A stretch of DNA of 60,902 nucleotides, filler included. It is 3 parts of 3 records of this genome, joined end to end, with 100 filler letters (N's around TTAATTAATTAA, not from the genome) between each part and the next. Parts side by side here need not be neighbours in the genome. Positions count along the whole stretch, not along the records: positions 1 to 26,449 come from SRR31156797_3592; 2 more parts are not named here. One strand, written 5' to 3'. Shown piece by piece: positions 1 to 11,061 of the stretch (positions within the stretch are counted from its first letter, which is position 1; each line of letters opens with the position of its first letter). The translations under genes were made by a program, and so were the position numbers. Under the pieces are notes generated by a model. It worked only from the letters and a program-made list of their open reading frames with translations. It ran no database searches and was not told the origin of the DNA.

Positions 1-3
1 AAC

Positions 4-555
4 TTATGATTTGCCCAAGGTTGCTAACCTTAGGGTAGAGAAATCTTCATGAATTTGCAAGTTAGTAACCTGAAAACCTTTGCGCTCATAGTGGGCTCGA
101 ACATCGTAATTGAACTCTATCGGAATGCCGGAGAGTATCAGCTCACCGCCGGGCTTGATAGAATCCTTTATAAAGCCTGAAATGTCTATAAGTATGTCGA
201 AGTATATATTTGCGAAAATTACGTCAAACCGGCTATTTATACAGTCCTGAAGACCGCATATTATATGGTTGTTGTCGATATTGTTTAGTTTGTTGCAGTC
301 GATGGCGGTTACGCACGCATCTAAAGATATGTCATAGCCGTACACCTCTGACGCACCTAGTAAGCTGGCACATATGCCCAGAATCCCAGTACCACAGCCA
401 ACGTCCAGAACTGTTTTATTTTCGAGGAACATATTTTCGAGGTGTTTAATGCAAGCCTTGGTGGTCTCGTGCTCACCGCTCCCGAAAGCGCCCTGATAAA
501 TCTTAGCTGTTTTACCATTACTTAATGGTATATCGTGAATTTTTCTATTTTTCAT
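4..555 (-). CDS. prmA: Ribosomal protein L11 methyltransferase-like protein (catalytic domain only)
   Basis: GAFGSGEHETT, VLDVGCGTGIL, DVIFANI and LILSGI motifs typical of PrmA. Start taken at ATG 555 (MKNRK); the ORF track extends to 582. Confidence 0.7.
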   Translation of the reverse strand: MKNRKIHDIPLSNGKTAKIYQGAFGSGEHETTKACIKHLENMFLENKTVLDVGCGTGILGICASLLGASEVYGYDISLDACVTAIDCNKLNNIDNNHIICGLQDCINSRFDVIFANIYFDILIDISGFIKDSIKPGGELILSGIPIEFNYDVRAHYERKGFQVTNLQIHEDFSTLRLATLGKS

Positions 556-711
556 ATGCTTATCCAGAAAGAGAGTTACCACATTAGATCATTATCCTGC
601 AAGACCATATTTCATAACTTCGTAATAATTTATTAGTGCATATCATTATTTATTGACATTATTGTACAATGAGCATATGTGTTATATCACAACTTATATA
701 CGAGGTGAACC

Positions 712-1731
712 GTGTCAGAATTTCAAAAGAAAGCTGCTTATAACGTAGCACTGGTAGGCGCAACAGGCGCAGTAGGAGAAACATTCCTTAACATCCTTGC
801 GGAGAGAAATTTCCCAATAGCAGAGCTTAAGCTTCTCGCTTCTAAACGCTCAGCAGGTAAAGAACTCACGTATAAGGGCAAAACGTATAAAGTTGAAGAG
901 TTGACGCACGATTGTTTTGAGGGAGTTGATATAGCTCTTTTCAGCGCAGGCGGCGGCAGAAGCCTTGAGTTTGCTCCATCAGCGGTAAAGGCAGGAGCTA
1001 TCGTTATAGATAACTCATCCGCTTTCCGTATGGATCCTAATGTCCCTCTAGTAGTTCCAGAGGTAAACCCTAAGGACGCTTTCGAGCACAAAGGGATCAT
1101 TGCAAACCCAAACTGTACAACTATCATCATGCTTGTGGCTCTTAAGCCTCTGTATGATTATTCTAAAATAAAGAACGTAGTAGTATCTTCTTATCAGTCC
1201 ACATCCGGTGCAGGCGCACAGGCTATGGAAGAGCTTGAAAATCAGGCTCGCCAGTGGGTAGCTGGTGAAGAGCTTGTTGTTGATAAATTCGCTCATCAGA
1301 TACTTTTCAACGTAATCCCTCACGTGGATAGCTTCACTGAGAACGGTTACACAAAAGAAGAGATGAAGATGTTCAACGAGACTCAGAAGATGCTCCACGA
1401 TACAGATATCAAAGTGAGTGCAACATGTGTACGTGTACCGACACTCTCTGCTCACTCTGAGGCTGTTACTATTGAAACTGAAGAGCCTATCAGCCCTGAT
1501 AAAGCACGCGAACTTTTCGCTGCTGCTCCTGGGCTTGAGGTTATCGATGATACAGCAGAAGCTAAATACCCAATGCCACTCTTCGTGGCTGGTGGAGATA
1601 CTTGTTACGTCGGTCGTGTTAGAACTGATATCGCTCGTGACAACTCCCTCTCATTCTGGGTTGTAGGCGATCAGCTTCGTAAAGGAGCAGCTACAAATGC
1701 TGTCCAGATCGCTGAGCTTTTTGTTAAATAA
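712..1731 (+). CDS. asd: Aspartate-semialdehyde dehydrogenase
   Basis: VGATGAVG Rossmann motif, DNSSAFR, IANPNCTT catalytic Cys, DQLRKGAATNA. GAGGTG RBS before GTG. Confidence 0.97.
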   Translation: MSEFQKKAAYNVALVGATGAVGETFLNILAERNFPIAELKLLASKRSAGKELTYKGKTYKVEELTHDCFEGVDIALFSAGGGRSLEFAPSAVKAGAIVIDNSSAFRMDPNVPLVVPEVNPKDAFEHKGIIANPNCTTIIMLVALKPLYDYSKIKNVVVSSYQSTSGAGAQAMEELENQARQWVAGEELVVDKFAHQILFNVIPHVDSFTENGYTKEEMKMFNETQKMLHDTDIKVSATCVRVPTLSAHSEAVTIETEEPISPDKARELFAAAPGLEVIDDTAEAKYPMPLFVAGGDTCYVGRVRTDIARDNSLSFWVVGDQLRKGAATNAVQIAELFVK

Positions 1732-1759
1732 AAGACGTTAGTTAACTTATCAGAAACCG

Positions 1760-1793
1760 AAGCCCTCATCTTTAACAAGGTGGGGGCTTTTTT
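1760..1793 (+). terminator. Rho-independent terminator after asd
   Basis: aagccctcatctt / aaggtgggggctt stem followed by a T-run. Confidence 0.8.
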
Positions 1794-2025
1794 ATATATT
1801 CATTAACTATATCATAAAATCCATATATATAATAAATGTTTATGTTAGAGAGATGAAAGGAGCAAATGTTTATTACTTGGGGTGAAATATTGGGGATTTG
1901 CAAGAAAACTTTTATTAAATATTAATCATAAATAGACTTTTTTGCCCTACCTGTCATTATTTGCTTGATTTTATAGGGATGCACGTGTATATAATTTTAA
2001 CTTCTTGAAGTTGTAGGAGGTTGTA

Positions 2026-2298
2026 GTGAACAAGAAAGAGCTTATCGAAAAGATCGCCGATATGGCGGGTCTTAAAAAATCCGATGCTGAAAAAGCACTC
2101 AAAGCTTTCGAAGATGCCACAGTAGAGGCACTCAAAGCTAGCGACAAGGTAACACTTGTAGGTTTTGGAACATTCTCTGTTTCAGAGAGAAAAGAGCGTA
2201 AGGGTAGAAACCCTCAGACAGGTGCTGAGATGACTATTCCTGCGAAAAAGGTGCCAAAATTTACACCTGGCAAGCTTTTCAAAGATTCCATCGACTAA
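2026..2298 (+). CDS. hup: HU family DNA-binding protein
   Basis: MNKKELI, GFGTF, GRNPQTG motifs. AGGAGG RBS. Confidence 0.96.
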   Translation: MNKKELIEKIADMAGLKKSDAEKALKAFEDATVEALKASDKVTLVGFGTFSVSERKERKGRNPQTGAEMTIPAKKVPKFTPGKLFKDSID

Positions 2299-2327
2299 GA
2301 AGAATATTTTGAAAATGTTTTTTCTTT

Positions 2328-2361
2328 AAAAGGCTCTTGCTTAACTGCTAGGGCCTTTTTT
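2328..2361 (+). terminator. Rho-independent terminator after hup
   Basis: aaaaggctcttgc / gctagggcctttt stem plus T-run. Confidence 0.75.
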
Positions 2362-2452
2362 ATTGCCTGAAGTACATATCTGAGTCTTAAATAATAAGAA
2401 TTATATCTGATTCTATTGCTCAATTTTAATCACATGCTATATTTATACTATT

Positions 2453-3853
2453 ATGATCAATAAACTATTTTGTAAACTACTCGTTCTGATGATTGTTTTT
2501 GCAATGCCGGCTTATGCAGAGGTGTACACCGCCGACGGCTACGGCAAAGATGAAAACGAGGCGAGAGCAAACGCCACATCCGAGCTGTCTTTCATCCTTT
2601 ACTCTGATGTAAAGTCTGAGCTGAGCACCAGCGGAAGCGATTCCGGCGGCAAATATGTTCAGACTATATCCAAACAGGTTGACATAATAAGTGCGATTCC
2701 TATATTTGGCGCAGTATACAAAATTGAGCAGGTTGATGCCCAGTTTCGTGCGACAGTAAAACTTGATTCTGCAAAGGCTGCTCTTTCATACAGGAAGACT
2801 GCTCAGGCGGAACAAGACAAAATTAATAAACTTACTAGCCTTATATCATCTGAGGAATCGGAATCTGAGAAGTACCAGCTTGTAATGGCTGCCATCGCTT
2901 CTTTTGAGAATTTTGATAAACTGAGAGGCGTTTTAAATGTCTTTGGTGAGCAGCAGCTTACTTATCCGAACATAACATATGCCGAGCTAACAAACCTCAG
3001 AGACAACCTTACAGGGACTACTGACAGCCTTGAACTTGCGGCGAAACTTATAACATCGGAGCTTGCTAAACCTAATACGTTTATCTACTACCCTATGTTT
3101 AACGCTTCTGATGAGGTGACAGAGTTCGCTATAATTTTCAGAAATATGCTTACGGCTAATGCGAAGTCCGCTGAAAATATACATCTGGCTGATTATTTGC
3201 TCGAAACAGATTATAACGCAACAGATGCAGGGATTTTCCTCACTGCTACGCTCACAGATAAAAATGGTGTCATACATGGCAAGAGTGTAAAAAAGCTTGC
3301 GCCGAAGTCCTATAAAGGGATAAAGGTTAAGCCTGAATCGATATCATTTGAAAAACTTCTTAAGATGGGGCTAGCGTCTTCTGCTGATTTCAGTGCCCGC
3401 ATTTCAACTGATAAAGGGAAGAGGGCGATGCTTTACAGGCTTGGTGATGCTGTTGAGCTTTTTATTAAACTTAATAAACCGGGCTATTTTTTCCTTGTGG
3501 GACATGTAGATAAAGATGGTGAGAGATTTTCTTACATTGTCGATTTTTATGAGGCGAAAGGTAACAGGAAATTTGTCCGCCGAGTTGACGCTGATGAGAT
3601 AAATAAGTGGATCAGCATAGGCGAATTTGACATAGTTCCGCCGTTTGGGCTCGAGACATTTCAGATGATAGCGACAATAAAAGATCCTGTTAATCTTGTT
3701 CCGGCTAATGTTTTCGACCGAGAGACCGAATTGTATATAGTCAGCAAGGACATAAAAGAGGGCGTTACTAAAACCCGCGCCCTGAAAAAACGTGAAGAGA
3801 GCATCGATACTGTGGCTGAGGATGTTTTAGTTTTTTCAACTATAGAAAAGTAG
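2453..3853 (+). CDS. Secreted protein, LPP20-like N-terminus and DUF4384-like C-terminus
   Basis: Signal peptide ending in AYA; G.G...A...A...L N-terminal pattern; C-terminal YRLGDAV...PPFGLETFQMIA pattern. Confidence 0.55.
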   Translation: MINKLFCKLLVLMIVFAMPAYAEVYTADGYGKDENEARANATSELSFILYSDVKSELSTSGSDSGGKYVQTISKQVDIISAIPIFGAVYKIEQVDAQFRATVKLDSAKAALSYRKTAQAEQDKINKLTSLISSEESESEKYQLVMAAIASFENFDKLRGVLNVFGEQQLTYPNITYAELTNLRDNLTGTTDSLELAAKLITSELAKPNTFIYYPMFNASDEVTEFAIIFRNMLTANAKSAENIHLADYLLETDYNATDAGIFLTATLTDKNGVIHGKSVKKLAPKSYKGIKVKPESISFEKLLKMGLASSADFSARISTDKGKRAMLYRLGDAVELFIKLNKPGYFFLVGHVDKDGERFSYIVDFYEAKGNRKFVRRVDADEINKWISIGEFDIVPPFGLETFQMIATIKDPVNLVPANVFDRETELYIVSKDIKEGVTKTRALKKREESIDTVAEDVLVFSTIEK

Positions 3854-3915
3854 ACATTTGATTATATTTCATTTAAGATAGTGCTAAATTATTGTGAGAA
3901 AAGGATTAGAACTAT

Positions 3916-5337
3916 ATGAGCAGGGACTTATTCGGGTTTAAAGACGAGCCTTTCAGTGCTTTCCCCGATAACAAGTACTTTTTTTCTTCGATTCACCACG
4001 ACAAGGCTATAACCCTTCTCGAATATGGTCTGAACAGCCGTAAAGGATTTATGCTGCTCACTGGTCTGAAAGGAACAGGCAAGACCATGACCTGTAATAT
4101 CCTTAAAGAATCATCCGCAGACTGCAACGTTTCCATGATTAATTACGAAGACTCAACACCTGATAAGCTGATGAAGCAAATCTGTGTCGGGTTTGGGCAT
4201 GACTATGAAGAGACAAATCAGAAAGAGCTCTTCGGTCGCATAATGGAATTTTTTGTCGAGCAGTACAAAGATGGTAAAAATAATCTCATAATTGTTGATA
4301 ACGCAGAAAATATCTCCGACTCTAATTTGAATATGCTTAGCAAATTTATGGAGATCGAGATAGAGAAATGTAAATTAGTGCAGGTTATCATTTCCGGTTG
4401 TCCGGAGCTCCACGATAGGCTTAAGCAGATCGGAGGAGACCTCGGACCTAAGTTTACATTCACAGTAGAGCTTGCACCGCTCAGCCTTCAGGATACAACT
4501 GATTATGTAGAGCATAGGATAAGCAAAGCTATTGACGGAGATGATCAGCACCTTTTCAAAAACAGCTCATACGCTGAGATATACAGTTATTCTAAGGGGA
4601 TCCCTTCTGAGATTAACCGTATAGCTCAGAAAGCTCTCTCCATCGCTAAAGAGAGTAAGCAGAGTAAAATCACCCCATCGCACATTCGTATGGCGGCGGC
4701 AAGACTTTACGGAGTCAAAGCTACTCGTAAACAAATGGGTAAGCCGGTGATCACTATATCACTGCTTATTGCGATAGTCGTTTCACTTTATATCTTTAAA
4801 GATAATATTATTGGATATATTGATCAGAAAAAAGCTCCGGAAAAAGTCGCTGTAATAGAGGAACCTCCTTCGTCTGCTGAGGTGATAGAGGAACCTGTAG
4901 AGACTGCTCCTGAACCTGTGATAGAGACGGCAGAAGAGCCGGTTGTCGAAGAACGTGCAACTAATGAGAAGCCATCAGAACCTGCGGCGGAGCCTGAGCC
5001 GGCAGTGGAGAAGCCTGTTGTGGAGCCTGAACCTGTAGTTGAAGTTAAACCTGAGCCAGTGGTTGAAACGACTCCAGAACCAGAGCCGGAAGTTGTGCCT
5101 GAACCTGTGGTTAAACTCATGCACGGCTGCATCACAGCGAACAGCGGTCTTAAGATTCGTTCAGGTCCATCTGTGAACACTGAGCTTCTGGGAACTGCGC
5201 CTACAAAGGCATATATAGAGCTTCATGAGCTTTCAGGCAATGGTAAATGGTGGAAGACTAAATACGAAGGTGAATACGGTTATATGTATGCTAAGTACAT
5301 AAAGATTGTTGAATCTTCAGAAGATTGCCAGAAGTGA
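3916..5337 (+). CDS. ExeA/GspA-like AAA ATPase with TM helix, Pro/Glu-rich linker and C-terminal SH3b domain
   Basis: FGFKDEPF start, Walker A GLKGTGKT, GCPEL, SKGIPSEINRI; TM near aa 279-295; LKIRSGPS...WWK...GYMYAKYI SH3b. Confidence 0.8.
   Translation: MSRDLFGFKDEPFSAFPDNKYFFSSIHHDKAITLLEYGLNSRKGFMLLTGLKGTGKTMTCNILKESSADCNVSMINYEDSTPDKLMKQICVGFGHDYEETNQKELFGRIMEFFVEQYKDGKNNLIIVDNAENISDSNLNMLSKFMEIEIEKCKLVQVIISGCPELHDRLKQIGGDLGPKFTFTVELAPLSLQDTTDYVEHRISKAIDGDDQHLFKNSSYAEIYSYSKGIPSEINRIAQKALSIAKESKQSKITPSHIRMAAARLYGVKATRKQMGKPVITISLLIAIVVSLYIFKDNIIGYIDQKKAPEKVAVIEEPPSSAEVIEEPVETAPEPVIETAEEPVVEERATNEKPSEPAAEPEPAVEKPVVEPEPVVEVKPEPVVETTPEPEPEVVPEPVVKLMHGCITANSGLKIRSGPSVNTELLGTAPTKAYIELHELSGNGKWWKTKYEGEYGYMYAKYIKIVESSEDCQK
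4850..5112 (+). repeat. Low-complexity coding repeats (EP/PVVE) forming the ExeA-like periplasmic stalk
   Basis: Repeated gaacct/gagcc units encoding EEPVE, EPEPVVE and similar. Confidence 0.6.
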
Positions 5338-5360
5338 TTTTCGCTGACTAAGGAATTAAC

Positions 5361-6056
5361 ATGCTTAAATATATACTCCTCTCCGTAACAGCCCTGATGC
5401 TGGCATCGTGCACCAGCACTAGCAAGCTTGCTAGATACGAAAAGGACATAAACGATATCCGTGATGAAGTCCGAACAATCAGAAAAATGACAGACGAGAT
5501 GAAAGGACAGCTAGGTGAGATGCGCACATCCATGGATAGAGTGGATGCAAGCGTCAAACAGCAGACTGAAGATATCGAAGCTCAGAAGAAATATCACACA
5601 AGACTAAAAGATATCGTAGGCAGTATCAAAGATGCTGTTGTTGACCTTGAGTCTGAAAAGCTCCCTGCGAAAAAAGAGGAGCTTGAGAGTATTAGAAACG
5701 AAAATAGAGACGACGCTACGCCTATGACCGGATTTGTTCTTAAGACCGAGCAGGACGGCGCAGTGACGAAGATATATACAGAGAAACTTCCGGATATAGA
5801 CCCTGTTGTTAAATCTAAAAAGCGAGCCGATGTTAAGTCAGAGGCGGTATCAGGTTTTGGCTATGCTGTGAAGGATGGCGTTATCCTCTGGCAGTACCCT
5901 ACAAGAAAATCTGATGTTTTAGAAATACTTGTAAGCTGGCAGCAGCTCAGACTATTAGAGAAAGTAGATAATAGCGGACTGAACTGGTGGAAGGTCAAAA
6001 CAAACGACTACACAGGCTACGTTAATTCTAAATTTATTATCATTTCGGATAAGTAA
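5361..6056 (+). CDS. Lipoprotein with coiled coil and C-terminal SH3-like domain
   Basis: Lipobox MLASC, heptad-rich N-terminal half, WWKVKTNDYTGYVNSKFI tail. Confidence 0.65.
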   Translation: MLKYILLSVTALMLASCTSTSKLARYEKDINDIRDEVRTIRKMTDEMKGQLGEMRTSMDRVDASVKQQTEDIEAQKKYHTRLKDIVGSIKDAVVDLESEKLPAKKEELESIRNENRDDATPMTGFVLKTEQDGAVTKIYTEKLPDIDPVVKSKKRADVKSEAVSGFGYAVKDGVILWQYPTRKSDVLEILVSWQQLRLLEKVDNSGLNWWKVKTNDYTGYVNSKFIIISDK

Positions 6057-6058
6057 TT

Positions 6059-7000
6059 ATGATCAAAGACCTTTATGAGAGAATTATCTCCGGCGAAGAG
6101 ATCGGTGCAGGTGATGTAAATACACTTGTGACTTCCGATCTGGGTGGGCTATTAGAGTATGCAGACAAGCTTAAAGAGCATTTCAAGGGCGATAAGGCTG
6201 AGACCTGTGCCATAATTAATGCGAGAAGCGGACTTTGCAGCGAAGACTGCTCATTTTGTGCTCAGTCATCTCATTTTGATACAGGCGCACCGGTTTATAA
6301 ATTCATAGGTATGGATAAAATAGATAGTGCTGCTAAAGATTTAGCGGAGAAAGGCGTGAAGCGTTTCAGTGTTGTCACTAGCGGTATAGGTCCTGATGAG
6401 GAAGAGTTTGCCAAGATCAAAGAGTCTATGGGCGTTATCAGAAAGCACGGTTTACTCCCTGATGCTTCTGTCGGCTGTATGAGCTATGAACAGCTATTAG
6501 AGCTTAAAGAGGCTGGCATGACCGCTTATCATCATAATCTTGAAGTGGCTAGGAGCTTTTTCCCTGAGATATGTACAACCCACGATTATGAGCGTGATGT
6601 TCAGACTGTTCGCGATTCTGTCAGGGCAGGGCTTTATACCTGTTGCGGCGGGATATTCGGGCTTGGCGAAAGCTGGGCGCAGAGAGCGGAGCTTGCGCTG
6701 ACCCTCAGAGAGCTTAAGGTGCACTCAGTGCCTATAAACTTCCTCAATCCGATCAAAGGCACTCCTATGGACGAAAGGGCTGTTATAAGAGAAGATGAGG
6801 CGTTGCGCATTATCGCTATGTACAGGTTCATTCTGCCGAAGGCTGACATACGTGTCTGTGGTGGGCGAAGCATAGTTTTCAAAGATGCGAGCGCAAAGAA
6901 AGTTCTCTCAGCGGGTGCAAATGCCGTTATGGTTGGGGATTATCTCACAGTTAAGGGTGTGGCGATCGATGAAGATATGAAGGCGCTTAAGAAGGGTTGA
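6059..7000 (+). CDS. bioB: Biotin synthase
   Basis: CSEDCSFCAQS radical-SAM motif, YHHNLE, CCGGIFGLGE, SVPINFL, IRVCGGR. Confidence 0.95.
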   Translation: MIKDLYERIISGEEIGAGDVNTLVTSDLGGLLEYADKLKEHFKGDKAETCAIINARSGLCSEDCSFCAQSSHFDTGAPVYKFIGMDKIDSAAKDLAEKGVKRFSVVTSGIGPDEEEFAKIKESMGVIRKHGLLPDASVGCMSYEQLLELKEAGMTAYHHNLEVARSFFPEICTTHDYERDVQTVRDSVRAGLYTCCGGIFGLGESWAQRAELALTLRELKVHSVPINFLNPIKGTPMDERAVIREDEALRIIAMYRFILPKADIRVCGGRSIVFKDASAKKVLSAGANAVMVGDYLTVKGVAIDEDMKALKKG

Positions 7001-7352
7001 CCGGAAGCGCTGCCGGATTGCCGTCTTTATCTATATTTACAAAAGTTATCTTAGATGCGAAAACCTCTTTCTCAACGGATGAACTTGGCTCATCACAAAA
7101 AACAACTACTCCGTAGGTCACAGATTTCGTACCGATATTCTCCGGCTCAATCACAAAACGCAATATCGAACCGTTAACAACCCTGTGTTTGAATACTATG
7201 TTGTCTATTCCGACAGTGACCATTGTCGCACCCGGATAGTCTTTCGATGCCGCCATCCAGGCGAATTCATCAAGCCACTTAAGCATTTCTCCACCGAAAA
7301 GGTAACCGTGGAAATTCAGATGCTCAGGTCTGACATTGACATAGTTTTCCAT
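6987..7352 (-). CDS. Acyl-CoA thioesterase (hotdog fold, YciA-like)
   Basis: VRPEHLNFHGYLFGGEMLKWLDE motif. Confidence 0.88.
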   Translation of the reverse strand: MENYVNVRPEHLNFHGYLFGGEMLKWLDEFAWMAASKDYPGATMVTVGIDNIVFKHRVVNGSILRFVIEPENIGTKSVTYGVVVFCDEPSSSVEKEVFASKITFVNIDKDGNPAALPVNPS

Positions 7353-8257
7353 CAGTTAAGGAAGTCCTGAAGCTTATTCTTCATAGCTTTTTTACGAAGT
7401 TTAGCGAGTGCTCTATTTTCAAGCTGGCGCACACGCTCACGGCTTATGTCCATAAGCTCGCCTATCTCCTCAAGTGTTTTCGGAGCCTCATCATTCAGCC
7501 CGAAACGCCACTCGATAATCTGTGATTCCCTCTCATCAAGTTCCTCAACTATGTCGTCAAGAGCGGTTTTTAGAGTTTTCGAGATAATGTCTTCTTCGAT
7601 ATCCTTAGACCCTGATTCGAGCAGATCGATGAAAGACCTGTCCTCTCCGTCCTTAATAGGAGCCTCGAGTGATAGGTAGTTTCTCGAAACTCTCAGTACA
7701 TTTTCTATATCTGACTCGTCCATCTCAAGGTGCTCAGCGAGCTCCCTTGCTGTCGGTTCTCTGTTAAGCTTTTTATTCAGGCGCTCAGTTGCACCGTTGA
7801 TCTTGTAAAGTATTCCAGCCTGCTTGATAGGCAGTTTTACTGTTCCGGACTGCTCAGCCAGAGCCTGAATGATCGACTGGCGTATCCACCAGACAGCGTA
7901 TGAGATGAATTTAACATCTTTTGTGTGGTCAAATCTTTTCGCCGCTTCAACAAGCCCGAGGTTTCCCTGATTAATAAGGTCAGAGATAGGCAGACCGGTA
8001 TTGCGGTATCTGTTTGCGATAGATACTACGAACTTAAGATTGCAGAGGATAAGTTTATTAAGGGCGTCCTCATCGCCAGCCTGAATTTTCTCGCCCAGCT
8101 CATATTCCTGAGGCTTTGTCAGGGGTTTGTAGGCAGAGATAGAGTTCAGGTAGTGCTTGAGCGAGTTTTCGCTCACCGGAGCAGGCATTGTCTTCGGTGT
8201 TTCCAGCGCACTTTTCTTTTCAGGTTTTACTTCAGTAGCATCGTTTGTTTCTTTCAT
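7352..8257 (-). CDS. Alternative sigma-70 factor (RpoD/RpoS/RpoH-like, lacks region 1.1)
   Basis: NLKFVVSIA, DLINQGNLGL, KFISYAVWWIRQSI and TLEEIG...SRERVRQLE (regions 2 and 4). Confidence 0.92.
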   Translation of the reverse strand: MKETNDATEVKPEKKSALETPKTMPAPVSENSLKHYLNSISAYKPLTKPQEYELGEKIQAGDEDALNKLILCNLKFVVSIANRYRNTGLPISDLINQGNLGLVEAAKRFDHTKDVKFISYAVWWIRQSIIQALAEQSGTVKLPIKQAGILYKINGATERLNKKLNREPTARELAEHLEMDESDIENVLRVSRNYLSLEAPIKDGEDRSFIDLLESGSKDIEEDIISKTLKTALDDIVEELDERESQIIEWRFGLNDEAPKTLEEIGELMDISRERVRQLENRALAKLRKKAMKNKLQDFLN

Positions 8258-8309
8258 CTAATCCCCACTTGGATAAGTATAACATATGTGAATGTTTTTC
8301 GCTGTCACG

Positions 8310-10913
8310 TTACAAATTAATTATCTTCATTTCACCGTCAGAAAAATCGAGAGAGCACCTGTCGCCAGCTTTCAGCTCGCCTCTTATAATCTTTTCAGCT
8401 ATGTAGTTCTCCACCATTTTTCTTATCGCACGCTTCATAGGTCTCGCTCCGTATGCAGCGTCAAAGCCAGCGGAAACTATCTTGTTAATGACATTTTCAG
8501 ACCATATTAGTTCGATATTATTTTCAGAAACTCTTTTTGCGAAATCAAGCATAAGTAGTTCTGCTATTTCACTAATATGTGACTCGTTGAGCGGATGGAA
8601 GACTATTATGTCGTCTATCCTGTTTAAAAATTCCGGTCTGAAATAGCTGGAAAGCTGTCCAGTGGCTATCTTCTGTATGTCATTATATTTCTCTGTCCAG
8701 TCGCCATCTTTTGCAAAAGCTTCATGTATGCTGTCGCTGGCGATGTTGGATGTCATGATTATTACCGTATTTTTAAAGCTTACCGTGCGTCCTTTCGAAT
8801 CGGTCAGGCGACCGTCATCTAGCAACTGAAGTAACACATTGAAAACATCCGGATGCGCTTTCTCTATCTCGTCCATAAGGATAACTGAGTAAGGACGCCT
8901 GCGAACTGCTTCTGTGAGCTGACCGCCCTCGTCATAGCCAACATATCCCGGAGGTGCTCCTATGAGCCTTGCGACAGAGTGTTTTTCCATATATTCGCTC
9001 ATGTCAATGCGGACGATTGATTCCTCAGAATCGAAGAGGAATTCCGCCAGAGATTTTGCAAGTTCAGTCTTACCAACACCAGTAGGTCCTAAAAAGATGA
9101 ATGAGCCGATAGGTTTGCCTTGGTCATTAAGTCCGGCACGGCTTCGTCTCACAGCCTCACTGACAGCGGTAATGGCATTATGCTGACCGACAACACGCTT
9201 ATGCAGATAATCTTCCATTCTGATGAGCTTATCAGCTTCTTCTTCGAGCAGTTTCGTTGCTGGGATGCCTGTCCATTTACTGATAACAGCGGCGATATCC
9301 TCTTCGTCTACTTCCTCTTTCAGTATACGTTTTGTCTGCTGAAGTTCGTTCAGTTTGACGTTTGCACCTGCAAGATTCTCCTCAAGTTTGACAAGTTTAC
9401 CGTATTTGATTTCAGAAGCTTTAGTAAGGTCGCCAGTACGCTCCGCCTGTGCCATCTCCTGCTTCGCCTGTTCTATCTGCTCTATGATATCTCTTGAGTT
9501 CTGAATTATATCTTTTTCATTCTGCCAGGCGGCACGCATAGCCTGAGATTGCTCTTTAAGGTTCGCAAGCTCACCCTCAAGCTTTTCAAGTCTCTGGACA
9601 CTCGCCGCATCCTTCTCTTTCTTAAGTGCCTGCTTGTCTATCTCAAGGTGTACAATGCGCCTCTCAAGTTCGTCAAGCTCAGTTGGCAGGCTGTCTATCT
9701 CCATGCGGATTTTTGCTGTCGCCTCGTCAATGAGGTCGATAGCTTTATCCGGCATAAATCTGTCGCTTATATATTTATTTGCCATATGCGCTGCGGCAAC
9801 AATAGCGTTATCAGTTATACGAACACCGTGGTGTACTTCGTAACGCTCTTTAAGCCCGCGAAGTATCGATACAGTATCTTCAACAGAAGGTTCCTTCACC
9901 ATAACAGGCTGGAATCTGCGCTCAAGGGCTGTATCCTTCTCAACATATTTCTTATATTCATCTAAGGTGGTTGCGCCGATACAGTGAAGCTCACCCCTTG
10001 CCAGTGCCGGTTTCAGGAGGTTTGCCGCATCCATAGCACCGTCAGTTTTACCTGCTCCAACGAGTGTATGCATCTCGTCGATGAAGAGGACAATCTCCCC
10101 CTCACGCTCCTTGACAGTATTAAGAAGAGCTTTGAGCCTATCCTCAAATTCGCCTCTGAATTTTGTTCCGGCAATTAACGAACCCATATCAAGAGCCGCT
10201 ACTGTGCGGTCTTTCAAAGTTTCAGGAACATCGCCATTTATGATCCTTTGCGCAAGCCCTTCCGCTATCGCTGTTTTACCAACGCCTGGTTCGCCTATAA
10301 GGACAGGATTGTTTTTTGTACGTCTTGAGAGAACGTGGATTACACGCCTGATCTCTTCGTCACGCCCGATAACAGGGTCGAGTTTACCGTTTCTGGCGGA
10401 CTCTGTCAGGTCTATTGTATATTTGTCCAGAGCGTTCATCTTGTCTTCTGGGTTCTGGTCTGTTACACGGCTGGAGCCACGCACAGATTCGTAAGCCTTG
10501 AGCAGTGTGTTCAGGTTATAGCCGTTTGACGACATAGCTGTACGCAGGTCGTAGCCGGCGTTTTCGCCTATACCTAGAAGGATATGCTCGGTGGAGACAT
10601 ATTCGTCGCCGAACTGCTTTATCGTTTCAAAGGCGTAGTCCACAGCTTTTTTCGCTTCCTGACCTATATATAGCTGAACACTACCTTCCACTTTAGGAAA
10701 TTTATCTATTAGTGTCTGGGCATCGTTTCGTAAGTTATTTGTTTGTACCCCTGCCTTTTGAAGCAGTGGTGCAACCATGCCGTCCTCTTGATCTATAAGT
10801 GCGATGAGGAGATGTTCCGGCATTAGCTGTTGGTGGTTATTCTGCTCAGCAAGCTCTAAAGCTGACTGCATAGCCTCCTGAGCTTTTATAGTCATTTTAT
10901 TGAAATTGAACAT
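8310..10913 (-). CDS. clpB: ATP-dependent disaggregase ClpB
   Basis: Clp-N domain, two AAA modules ([16 protein letters not shown]), long M-domain coiled coil, 867 aa. Confidence 0.97.
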   Translation of the reverse strand: MFNFNKMTIKAQEAMQSALELAEQNNHQQLMPEHLLIALIDQEDGMVAPLLQKAGVQTNNLRNDAQTLIDKFPKVEGSVQLYIGQEAKKAVDYAFETIKQFGDEYVSTEHILLGIGENAGYDLRTAMSSNGYNLNTLLKAYESVRGSSRVTDQNPEDKMNALDKYTIDLTESARNGKLDPVIGRDEEIRRVIHVLSRRTKNNPVLIGEPGVGKTAIAEGLAQRIINGDVPETLKDRTVAALDMGSLIAGTKFRGEFEDRLKALLNTVKEREGEIVLFIDEMHTLVGAGKTDGAMDAANLLKPALARGELHCIGATTLDEYKKYVEKDTALERRFQPVMVKEPSVEDTVSILRGLKERYEVHHGVRITDNAIVAAAHMANKYISDRFMPDKAIDLIDEATAKIRMEIDSLPTELDELERRIVHLEIDKQALKKEKDAASVQRLEKLEGELANLKEQSQAMRAAWQNEKDIIQNSRDIIEQIEQAKQEMAQAERTGDLTKASEIKYGKLVKLEENLAGANVKLNELQQTKRILKEEVDEEDIAAVISKWTGIPATKLLEEEADKLIRMEDYLHKRVVGQHNAITAVSEAVRRSRAGLNDQGKPIGSFIFLGPTGVGKTELAKSLAEFLFDSEESIVRIDMSEYMEKHSVARLIGAPPGYVGYDEGGQLTEAVRRRPYSVILMDEIEKAHPDVFNVLLQLLDDGRLTDSKGRTVSFKNTVIIMTSNIASDSIHEAFAKDGDWTEKYNDIQKIATGQLSSYFRPEFLNRIDDIIVFHPLNESHISEIAELLMLDFAKRVSENNIELIWSENVINKIVSAGFDAAYGARPMKRAIRKMVENYIAEKIIRGELKAGDRCSLDFSDGEMKIINL

Positions 10914-11061
10914 TTTCCTATTGGCACAATGAGATAAATCCCATGGTGCTTTTACCTCTCTGTTTTAAGTGTTGCAGACTAACTTAGTTTACAGAATCCA
11001 TCCTGAGCGTATGCGAATGAGACCAAGCACAGGTTATTCTTTAAACTTGGAACTATAATTA

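Noticed and set aside
4824-5180. Ser/Thr/Gly-rich antisense ORF, and the similar one at 13347-13634
   Set aside because: Shadow frames of the Pro/Glu repeats in the ExeA-like and TonB genes.
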